DNA from: Gemmatimonadota bacterium
Lineage (GTDB): Bacteria > Gemmatimonadota > Gemmatimonadetes > Longimicrobiales > Gaopeijiaceae
Length of the DNA: 64,000 bases
Direction: 5' to 3'
NCBI GenBank assembly: GCA_039589315.1
Contig: JBDHHQ010000017.1
Coordinates: 55,618 to 119,617 of the forward strand
The notes under the pieces are model-generated. The model worked only from the letters and a program-made list of their open reading frames with translations, made no database searches and was not told the DNA's origin. The position numbers were made by a program, and so were the translations under genes. This document shows, piece by piece, positions 46,060-54,173 of the stretch; the stretch's first letter is position 1; each line of letters opens with the position of its first letter.

Positions 46060-48072
46060 TCACCGGAGCGACGACATGTCGTACATCGTCCCCGCGGCCA
46101 CCACCCACGCCCCCCTCCGGATAGCCGAGATGTCCCCGAGCGGGTCGGCGTCGAGCACGAGCAGGTCGGCGCGCTTGCCGGCCTCGACCGTGCCCACTTC
46201 CCCGTCCATGCCCAACACCCGGGCAGGGACGAGCGTCGCCGACCGGATCGCTTCCATGGGGCTGAGTCCCGCTTCCACGTAGAGCTCGAGCTCACGGAGC
46301 AGGCTGAAGCCGGGCACGCCCGCGTCAGTCCCGGCGACGATGGTGACACCGGCTTCGTGTAACCTCCGCACCAGGGAGAGGATCTCGGCCCTGCCGATCT
46401 GGACGGCGGAGGAGTCGCGGTCGCTGCCGGCGCTCTCGTAGTTCAGCGCCAGCGCTCCCGAGATCCGCTCGATGCCTGGCTCGAACCGGGCGATGGGTGT
46501 CTCGATCGAGCGCCCGAGCAGCTCGGACCAGACGACGGCCGGGCTGACGACCAGCCCGTGACGTCTCAGCGCTTCCACCGCGCCGGTAGGGTCGCCCGGT
46601 GGAGCACCCGCCAGGGCGTAGTGGAGGTGGGTCACGCCGCTCATCCCTGCCTCCATGGCTTCCTCCGTGGTCATGTCGGCCGGCACGTGGCCCGTCATGG
46701 TCATCCCGCGCTCATCGGCTCGCCGTTTCAGCGCACGGAGCACGTCGGCCCGGACCTGCCCGTAGACCTTGATCTGGACGAAGCCGACCTCGGCGTAGCG
46801 GTCGACCACGGCTCGTGCCTCGTCGGCCGTCGAGGCGGTAACCGCACCGAAGCCCAGCGAATCCTGGCCGTCCACCAGGCCGGCCAGGAGGAGTCTCGGC
46901 CCGATGCCCCGGCCCTCCTGGATCAGGTCCCGGAAGGCGGTCAAGAAACGCGCTTCGCCACCGACGTCACGGACGGTCGTGACGCCCGCGGCCAGGTACG
47001 CAGGTGCCCATTCGATCTGGCTCACGTGGCCGTGCATGTCCCACAAGCCGGGGATCACCGTCTTCCCGGTGGCGTCGATGCCGCGGACGCCGGCCGGCAG
47101 TTGCACCTCCGTGCTCGGGCCGGCCGCGGCGATGATTCCGTCGCGCACGACGATCGTGGCGTCCTCGATCGGGGAACCCCCGTTTCCGTCGATCAGTCGA
47201 GCGCCCAACAGGGCGAACGCACCGTCGGCCACGGACGAGACGGTTGCGGCCGTTCGCTCCAGGTCGTGCATGCGATCGCGGACCGCGGCGGTCTGAAGGT
47301 CTGGGAGCGCCTCGACCAGGTCCGACCGCACCGCTTGCAGCGGGAGGATGTGGATCCGGGAGATGAGCGCCGCGAACCGGCTCTGTTCGTCGAGCCACAC
47401 CGCCTCCCGGCCCCAGACGACACCGTCGACGGAGTAGCGCCGGAGCGCGACGACCCGCCGGCCCACCTGTACGGAGTCCACCCCACGGGGCTCGATCTCG
47501 ATCACGTCGCCGTCCCGCCCGGGAATGGCGCGAATGGCCGAGGGGCGGCCCTGTCGCTCCCAATAGGCGATCAGAACGGCCCGGCCGGACACGGGCGCGT
47601 AGGAGCGCACCGGGAAGGAATGCTCCGGACGAGGCAGATCCACCGAATCGCGGATGTTCTGTACGTAGACCGTCGAGTCGCCGTACTCCACCTCCACGTC
47701 CAGGTTGACGAAGCGGTAGGTGTTGCCGACGGCGCGGAAGTGACGGGGGGAGTAGTCGTCAGCGACCGCGAGTGAGCTCGTGACCCGGCCGCGGCTTCCA
47801 CGTTCCGTGTACTCGAGCTCCGCCGTGAGCCGAAGGCCTGCCTCCTCCGCTCGCAAGGTGAACCGCTCCTCGCCGATGGGACGCTCGATGTAGAAGACGC
47901 GGACGGTAGCGGAATCCGGCTCGAGCCCGACGGACGACGGGGCCTCGGCGCATCCGCCTCCGAGCAGAAGAAGCGGGACTGCCACGCCAGGGAGCCAAAC
48001 GCCCGCCGGCGGCGTCGGGAGAGCGAGATACCGGTACGTCCGCTCGGCGGTGGAGCGCTCGGCTGGGAGCAT
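46060..48072 (-). CDS. Amidohydrolase family protein with an extra N-terminal beta-rich domain, exported or lipoprotein
   Basis: IPGLWDMHGH, AGVTTVRD, GHVP, AGTD and GKRADLLVLDADP motifs; LLLLGGGC leader. Confidence 0.85.
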   Translation of the reverse strand: MLPAERSTAERTYRYLALPTPPAGVWLPGVAVPLLLLGGGCAEAPSSVGLEPDSATVRVFYIERPIGEERFTLRAEEAGLRLTAELEYTERGSRGRVTSSLAVADDYSPRHFRAVGNTYRFVNLDVEVEYGDSTVYVQNIRDSVDLPRPEHSFPVRSYAPVSGRAVLIAYWERQGRPSAIRAIPGRDGDVIEIEPRGVDSVQVGRRVVALRRYSVDGVVWGREAVWLDEQSRFAALISRIHILPLQAVRSDLVEALPDLQTAAVRDRMHDLERTAATVSSVADGAFALLGARLIDGNGGSPIEDATIVVRDGIIAAAGPSTEVQLPAGVRGIDATGKTVIPGLWDMHGHVSQIEWAPAYLAAGVTTVRDVGGEARFLTAFRDLIQEGRGIGPRLLLAGLVDGQDSLGFGAVTASTADEARAVVDRYAEVGFVQIKVYGQVRADVLRALKRRADERGMTMTGHVPADMTTEEAMEAGMSGVTHLHYALAGAPPGDPTGAVEALRRHGLVVSPAVVWSELLGRSIETPIARFEPGIERISGALALNYESAGSDRDSSAVQIGRAEILSLVRRLHEAGVTIVAGTDAGVPGFSLLRELELYVEAGLSPMEAIRSATLVPARVLGMDGEVGTVEAGKRADLLVLDADPLGDISAIRRGAWVVAAGTMYDMSSLR

Positions 48073-48402
48073 GGGTCAAGGGGCCGGGGTCGATGGGCCT
48101 GCTTCGTCGCGAGAGTCTACGAGAGAATCGTCGGGCCGTGCCGCGGCGAGCGCAACGCATCGCCGTGCACCGGCGTCGCCCTGACGAGCCCGGCGTTGCC
48201 CGGTGCACCTTCAGGGACCGGCTCGCCGCGGGACTCGGAGCCCGTTGCACCTCCCCGCAACCGCGGCGCCCTCGCTCGACTCCGCGCCCGTCCGGCGTCA
48301 GTGACTCGGCGCTCGCGGTGGCTCCGGGACTGCCGAGGCGCGACACTGGGTGCGAACAGGCGAACGGGGAACGTGCGACCAAGCGACCGAGAGGAGGAGA
48401 CG

Positions 48403-48738
48403 ATGCGGTGCCTCGAGATCGAGATCAACGGTCAGCGGGCTTGCGTAGCGGGCGTGGGCGCGCTGGGGGCCGTATCTGCCATGGTCACATGGGTGCGGTT
48501 CGAGCCCGAGGGCATGGAGGAGCCCGCTCCGGTCCCGTCCGGGAGCAACCTCCTCAGCATCACCGGAATCACGGAGGGCCTGGACAGCGTGCACTGGCTC
48601 GAGGTCCCCACCAGGCTGTCGGTGGGTGACGAGGTCACGATCCGGGTCGTCGACGCCGAGGACGCCGATCCATGGACGGTGACCCCGCAGCTCCCCGAGT
48701 CGCTGGCAGACGACACGTCCGAGGGCTCGGATGCTTGA
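48403..48738 (+). CDS. Small acidic hypothetical protein
   Basis: GAGGAGGAG RBS; MRCLEIEING..C.AG...W...L.VGDEVTIRVV, predicted beta-rich. Confidence 0.75.
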   Translation: MRCLEIEINGQRACVAGVGALGAVSAMVTWVRFEPEGMEEPAPVPSGSNLLSITGITEGLDSVHWLEVPTRLSVGDEVTIRVVDAEDADPWTVTPQLPESLADDTSEGSDA

Positions 48739-48857
48739 CAGCTCGGCGGTGCCGGCACCAAGTGTAGGCACCCCCAAGTGGCCGTCGTCCTCATGACGCT
48801 GGCCGCGCGCTCCCGCGCTACACCACCTCCCGACCTCACCCGGGGGAGAGCCCGTCG

Positions 48858-50885
48858 ATGAGCGACCTGCGCGAATTCTTCGAACAACTGGTCTATCACA
48901 GCGCCAGCCGTCGATTCACTCAACAGTCGCCCGTGATGCCCGACGTTTGGATCCGGTTCGGCACACAGCCGGGTCGTCAGCAAGAGCTGCTCATGGTGCC
49001 CGACTGGAACCACACCACGGCGGAGCTGGCCAGTGCCATGAAGGCGCGCATCGCCGCGGACGAGGAGTTTCAGGGCGCTGCCGTGTACCGCCACGCGAAC
49101 GGCGACACGGACACCGGTCCGGCCAGCGATGAGGAGTTGCCCGCGGCCCCGCGGCCCCCAGGGATCGCCCACAACCAGAACGTGGTGGTGGCCACGCTCT
49201 GGTTCGACCAGCTCGTACGGTCGGTTCTGCCTCTGAGCGCGTGGTGGCAGCGCTCCGTGGCGGGGGTTGTGAAGAGGAGCGACCGGGACCGCCTGGCGGA
49301 GGGACTGCGAGATCCGGAGGGGTTGGTCGGATGGATCGTCGCGGAGTGGGACGAGGACAACCGCGACGGCGCCTTCGGGCCAGACGTTCTGTGGGTCGCG
49401 CGGGTGGTGGGCGTCCTGGCCTTCCTGTCGACGGATGAGGGCGCGGCTCTGATGGACGGTCTCGAGCGGGACGACGACAAGGTCCGCGCGATCCGCCGGA
49501 TGATGAAGGAAGAGCCACAGAAGCTGGCCTGGGCCCTGGTCCGGCTTCTCGAGGACATCGACCCGGTGCGCTGGGGCGACGACGTGACGCTGTACTCGGT
49601 GAACCTGAATCGGCACACGTCCCAGGCCCTCGAGCGGTCCGGAGCGTCGGTCAAGGCCGACGCCGTCCGAAGGCTCTTCCAGTTGGGCGGGAGAGACGTA
49701 CGGTGGGCCGTCATCGATTCGGGCATCGACGCCACGCACCCGGCGTTCCGGCGCCGGGCAGAGGACGGCACGCCGATGCGGCGGCCGTTCGGGAGGCGAC
49801 GCCAGGCGGGCCGCCGACGCGGCGGGTCCAAGGAAACCTACAGGAACCAGACGCGGATCCTCGCAACCTACGACTTCGTCCACATCCGGGACCTCCTCGG
49901 GGCCGATCCGGACGATCTTGACCATCTGGCCGAGCTGTATCCCGCGGTCAAGGACGGGACGAAGAAGCGGGAGCTGGCCGAGTTCCTGCGGACGGCCGAA
50001 GAGCACGTCATCGACTGGCAGCGCCTGGAGCCCTTCCTGAGGGTCGAGCACAAGCCCGGAGCATACCGGCCGCCCCCCCATCCCCACGGCACTCACGTCG
50101 CCGGAATCATCGGAGCCGACTGGCGGGCGTCGGACGGAGATGCAGGGCTGGACACGCCGCCGCGTGGCGAGGACCTGGTGGGTGTCTCGCCGGAGATCCA
50201 GCTCTACGACCTTCGCGTCCTGGACGACAAGGGCAACGGCAACGAGTTCGCCATCATGTCCGCCATGCAGTTCGCCCGCGACCTCAACAGCCGGCGGGAC
50301 TTCGTGGCCGTCCACGGCGTCAATCTCAGCTTCTCCATCGACCACGACGTGGCCAACTATGCGTGTGGCCGCACGCCGGTCTGCGAGGAAGCCGAGCGGC
50401 TGGTCGGCAGCGGCATCGTAGCCGTGGCGGCCGCGGGCAACAGCGGACGGGCCCGCTACCTCACGCCCGCCAACACCCTCGACGAGGGCTTCCGTACCGT
50501 GAGCATCACGGACCCGGGCAATGCCCAGGCCGTCATCACCGTGGGCGCCACGCACCGGAGTGACCCCCACACCTACGGTGTGAGCTACTTCTCGAGCCGC
50601 GGCCCAACAGGCGACGGCCGACTGAAGCCGGACCTGGTGGCGCCGGGCGAGAAGATCCGGTCCGCGGTGCCCGGGGGTGGAGAGGACCGGCTCGACGGCA
50701 CCAGCATGGCCGCACCACACGTCAGCGGAGCGGCGGCGCTCATCCTCTCGCGCCACCCCGAGTTCATCGGCAAGCCGGCGAAGCTCAAGGAGATCCTGTG
50801 CAGCACGGCCACCGACCTGGGGAGGGAGCGGTACTTCCAGGGCGCGGGTCTGCTCGACATCCTGCGGGCGCTCCAGTCTATCTGA
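48858..50885 (+). CDS. S8 (subtilisin-like) serine peptidase without a signal peptide, with an unknown N-terminal region
   Basis: Triad AVIDSGID / HGTHVAGII / GTSMAAPHV; oxyanion AAGNSG; SSRGPT.DGR.KPDLVAPG. Confidence 0.93.
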   Translation: MSDLREFFEQLVYHSASRRFTQQSPVMPDVWIRFGTQPGRQQELLMVPDWNHTTAELASAMKARIAADEEFQGAAVYRHANGDTDTGPASDEELPAAPRPPGIAHNQNVVVATLWFDQLVRSVLPLSAWWQRSVAGVVKRSDRDRLAEGLRDPEGLVGWIVAEWDEDNRDGAFGPDVLWVARVVGVLAFLSTDEGAALMDGLERDDDKVRAIRRMMKEEPQKLAWALVRLLEDIDPVRWGDDVTLYSVNLNRHTSQALERSGASVKADAVRRLFQLGGRDVRWAVIDSGIDATHPAFRRRAEDGTPMRRPFGRRRQAGRRRGGSKETYRNQTRILATYDFVHIRDLLGADPDDLDHLAELYPAVKDGTKKRELAEFLRTAEEHVIDWQRLEPFLRVEHKPGAYRPPPHPHGTHVAGIIGADWRASDGDAGLDTPPRGEDLVGVSPEIQLYDLRVLDDKGNGNEFAIMSAMQFARDLNSRRDFVAVHGVNLSFSIDHDVANYACGRTPVCEEAERLVGSGIVAVAAAGNSGRARYLTPANTLDEGFRTVSITDPGNAQAVITVGATHRSDPHTYGVSYFSSRGPTGDGRLKPDLVAPGEKIRSAVPGGGEDRLDGTSMAAPHVSGAAALILSRHPEFIGKPAKLKEILCSTATDLGRERYFQGAGLLDILRALQSI

Positions 50886-50898
50886 ACCAGGGGGAACG

Positions 50899-52104
50899 AT
50901 GTCGAAGGTCTTCTCGTTGGAGGCGGTGTTCGCGAAGAAGGGCGACGCCCTGATCCTCCACTACGGCTCGTGGGAGAACCCGCGGTGGATTCTCATCGAC
51001 GGTGGGCCGGGAGGCGTCTACAACGACTACCTGCGGCCTCGGCTCGAGCAGATCCGCGAGGACTTCGAGATCGACGCCAACAAAGCGATCCCTTTCGAGA
51101 TGGTCATGGTCAGCCATATCGACGACGACCACATCAACGGGATCCTCCAGCTCTTCGACGACCAGGAAGATGCCGTCGACCGGCGGAAGCGCCGGCCCTA
51201 CCGCATCGGCACGCTCTGGCACAACAGCTTTGACGACATCCTGGGCAACGAAGAGGACGAGATCGTATCCAGGCTGGCAGCCGTGGCCGCCGGTGAGGAA
51301 GCGGGGGGCCTGGAGCTCCCCGCCGGAATGAGCCCCGAGGCCCGTGCCGTCGTGGCGAGCACACGGCAGGGTCGCAACCTCCGGCGGCAAGCGCGAAAGC
51401 TCCAGCTGGACATCAATGCGCCGTTCGAGGGTCTGGTGATGGCGCCGGCCGAGCGGAAGCTGCCGCTGAAGGAGGGGCTCGATCTCACCGTCCTGGGGCC
51501 GCTCCTGAAGAACGTGGAGGACTTCCGGAAGCGTTGGGACAAAGACCTGAAGAAGATCCTCGAGAAGGAGTCGGCGAGCACCCGCGCCGCCTCGTTTTCC
51601 GACGGATCTCCCTTCAACCTGGCGAGCATCTCCGTTCTCGCCGAGCTGGACGGCAAGACCATGCTGCTCACCGGCGACGCCCGCGGCGACTTCCTGCTCG
51701 AGGGACTCGAGGAGCTCGGCCTCTTGAGGCAGGATCGACCCATGAAGGTGGACCTGCTGAAAGTCCCGCACCACGGCAGCGACCGGAACGTGACCGTGGA
51801 CTTCTTCCGGCGCATCCCGGCCCGGCATTACGTGATCTCGGGAGACGGGGAGCACGGCAATCCCGAACGGGCAACCCTCGACATGATCGAAACTGCCCGG
51901 GCTGATGACGACTACACGATCCACTTCACCTTCACCGAGACGGCCCACGAGACGGAGGAGGACGAGGAGCGGCGACACGCCCTGGAAAGGGTGGCAGCCT
52001 GGGTGCAACAGCGGCCACGGAACTGCACCGTGGTGTTTCGGGAGGATCTGGAGGAGGTGTACTCCGTGATCGTGGATCTGTTGGATCCCCTGTACGACGA
52101 CTGA
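50899..52104 (+). CDS. MBL-fold metallo-hydrolase (ComEC/Rec2-like, Avs1a-like)
   Basis: A.KGDALIL, ILIDGG, SHIDDDHING, LLTGDA, KVPHHGS..N and HGNP motifs; 13 bp after the S8 stop. Confidence 0.9.
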   Translation: MSKVFSLEAVFAKKGDALILHYGSWENPRWILIDGGPGGVYNDYLRPRLEQIREDFEIDANKAIPFEMVMVSHIDDDHINGILQLFDDQEDAVDRRKRRPYRIGTLWHNSFDDILGNEEDEIVSRLAAVAAGEEAGGLELPAGMSPEARAVVASTRQGRNLRRQARKLQLDINAPFEGLVMAPAERKLPLKEGLDLTVLGPLLKNVEDFRKRWDKDLKKILEKESASTRAASFSDGSPFNLASISVLAELDGKTMLLTGDARGDFLLEGLEELGLLRQDRPMKVDLLKVPHHGSDRNVTVDFFRRIPARHYVISGDGEHGNPERATLDMIETARADDDYTIHFTFTETAHETEEDEERRHALERVAAWVQQRPRNCTVVFREDLEEVYSVIVDLLDPLYDD

Positions 52105-52107
52105 GGC

Positions 52108-52971
52108 CTACTTCACCTCCCGCCAGAACACGAACTTGATGCGACGGAAGGTCAGCGAGTTCAGCCCCACGAAGGCGGGGTCGTTGGCCGTGTAGCACCG
52201 GGGCATCGTGTTCGCGTCTCCCTGGACGCTGAACTCGACGGCGTGCCGGGCCACGACCTCTCGTTCGAGGGCCTGGGACAGACCGGGCTCGCTATGCCCC
52301 ACGAACTCCCAGGTAGTCCCCACTTCGGGGTCGTTGGGGTCCTCCACGACGGGGCATCCCGACTCGGGCGGATAGATCCAGCGGCGGTCCTGCCCCGGCG
52401 GCAGCCATTCGACGGTGCCGACGGCGAAGGCCTCATCGATCTGAGGCGCTCCGAGCACTCCGGCGGGAATGGTGTCGGAGCGTGAGACCTCGACCCAGAT
52501 GGCGACCGTCGAGTCGTTGAAGACATCCGGGAGGGTGAAGAACCCGAGGGACGCCTCGGTATTCAAGTTCTCCCACGGCTCGTCCACGATCTCGACCGGG
52601 GTGAACTCGAAGATCAGGGAGTCCTGCACGACCGCAACCGCGCGCGGGTCGCGCGCCCCGTCCAACACCACCACCAAGGCCGAGTCGCTGGCGGTCCCGC
52701 CCGGTCCTTCCACGTCGAACACGTACAAGGTTGTCTCCTCGGGGCGCACCACCACGGTGCCGTTGACCAGCGAGTGCCCCGGCGGCTCCACCCCACCGTG
52801 GTCCGCGTGGGTGCTGTTCAGGTGCAGCGCCACGTGCTCGCCCGGCGCGACCGTGTCGGGAACCGCGACGATCGCAGCCGTGGGCGGCTCGATGGGGTCG
52901 ACCACCTCGTCGAACTGGGAACAGGCGCCGAGACATGCGCCCACGATCAGCAATGCCCAGGGGTGCCTCAT
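52108..52971 (-). CDS. Lipoprotein with an N-terminal Ig/PKD-like domain
   Basis: LGAC lipobox; PTA.I.A.P.TV.PG....L...S..A....G...V.P.ETT.Y.....GPGGTAS....V.V pattern. Confidence 0.75.
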   Translation of the reverse strand: MRHPWALLIVGACLGACSQFDEVVDPIEPPTAAIVAVPDTVAPGEHVALHLNSTHADHGGVEPPGHSLVNGTVVVRPEETTLYVFDVEGPGGTASDSALVVVLDGARDPRAVAVVQDSLIFEFTPVEIVDEPWENLNTEASLGFFTLPDVFNDSTVAIWVEVSRSDTIPAGVLGAPQIDEAFAVGTVEWLPPGQDRRWIYPPESGCPVVEDPNDPEVGTTWEFVGHSEPGLSQALEREVVARHAVEFSVQGDANTMPRCYTANDPAFVGLNSLTFRRIKFVFWREVK

Positions 52972-52983
52972 CTGGGTGCTCCG

Positions 52984-54114
52984 TCAGAATGTGACCGCGA
53001 GGGACAGTGACGGCGTCAACCCGAAGCTGGGGAACGTCGTGTCGGTCCCTTCACGCCGTTCGGTCGACGGGTCTCGCGGTCCCAGGAACCGGTTGTGGGT
53101 GGAGACCTGGAAGTCCAGACCGAGGACCACGTGCCACTTGCCGAGCGTTCGCAGCCGGGGCCCGACCGTGATGCCGTACGCTCGCTCCACCCAGGCGTCG
53201 AAGTTGCGCAGGTTCTCCCACGCCGCGGCCAATCCGGCCGAGATGCCCCACCAATCGTAGTTGGGGTAGTACGTGACGTTGCCCGCCAAGAGGGTCTGGC
53301 TGTGCCCGTGATCCGGTTGGATGTCACTCGAGGCCGACGGTCGGCCGCCCCCCATCAGGGTGAAGTGCCACCGTCGCCGGTGACGGAGCACCAGGGCCAG
53401 CGTCGCGCCCGAGAAGGTCTTCCCTCCGGTCCTGAGCGCCATGAATCCGCCCTGGAGGCCGACCCGCAACGTGGAATCGGGCTTCGCGAGCTGAGTCGTG
53501 GGTGCCAGGCGCTCCGTGACGTAGGCGACCGCTACGGTATCTCCAGCTTCCCCCGTCTGCTCCAGCCACCACAGCATCTGGTCGACCAGTTGGCCGGCGT
53601 AGACCGTATCGCTCACGGTGATCGAATCCAGCGTGGAGATGGGAATGGGGACGAAGACGGTTTCCACACGGGCCGGAGAGGCGTCCCCCTCGCTCTCGAC
53701 TCTCACTTGCATCGAGACCGCAACGTCCTGCAGGGCGTTCACCAGACCGTAGCAGTCCTGCTGAGGCACGGAATCCGGGGGTTGTGCCACACCCCCGACG
53801 GCGAACGTGGTGGTCGGACCGATCTGCCTGTACTCACGGCCGACGATGCCCCGGAAGGCGATCTGGTCGGGTGCACGGGATTCAGGGAGCTCGACCCACC
53901 ACGCGTCGTCTGCTTGATACCTCGCTTCCACCTCGACGGAATCCGCGAAGACCGCGGTCAGGGTGGTCGCACCGGGGATGCCCGGTCCGCCGAAGAGGCG
54001 CATCAGAACCCAATCAACCGGAGTGGTCTGGTCGCAGGACTGGCCCGCGAGAGGCGCCGCTGTGACCATGGCGAGAACGCACGCAAGCGGAAGCGAACGG
54101 GACGGCTTGTGCAT
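52984..54114 (-). CDS. Exported protein with a C-terminal small outer-membrane beta-barrel
   Basis: Signal peptide (PLAG-Q); about eight alternating-pattern beta strands in the last ~165 aa; ends LSLAVTF, a BAM-type terminal Phe. Confidence 0.7.
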   Translation of the reverse strand: MHKPSRSLPLACVLAMVTAAPLAGQSCDQTTPVDWVLMRLFGGPGIPGATTLTAVFADSVEVEARYQADDAWWVELPESRAPDQIAFRGIVGREYRQIGPTTTFAVGGVAQPPDSVPQQDCYGLVNALQDVAVSMQVRVESEGDASPARVETVFVPIPISTLDSITVSDTVYAGQLVDQMLWWLEQTGEAGDTVAVAYVTERLAPTTQLAKPDSTLRVGLQGGFMALRTGGKTFSGATLALVLRHRRRWHFTLMGGGRPSASSDIQPDHGHSQTLLAGNVTYYPNYDWWGISAGLAAAWENLRNFDAWVERAYGITVGPRLRTLGKWHVVLGLDFQVSTHNRFLGPRDPSTERREGTDTTFPSFGLTPSLSLAVTF

Positions 54115-54173
54115 GGCGTACCCCGCATTGGACTGGCGAGAGGTAGCTCCGTTGGCCACGCGCGGGATCGCCC

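Noticed and set aside
43558..46362. Long overlapping ORFs (43558-46362, 48432-50756, 5897-7639, 12033-13775, 27101-28747 and similar)
   Set aside because: These are Arg/Gly/Pro-rich or antisense shadow frames of well-supported genes, expected at high GC.
48735..48775. Sigma70 promoter for the S8-MBL unit (TTGACA at 48735); likewise a minus-strand TTGACA at 39064-39069
   Set aside because: No convincing -10 hexamer at 16-18 bp spacing, and the first overlaps a stop codon.
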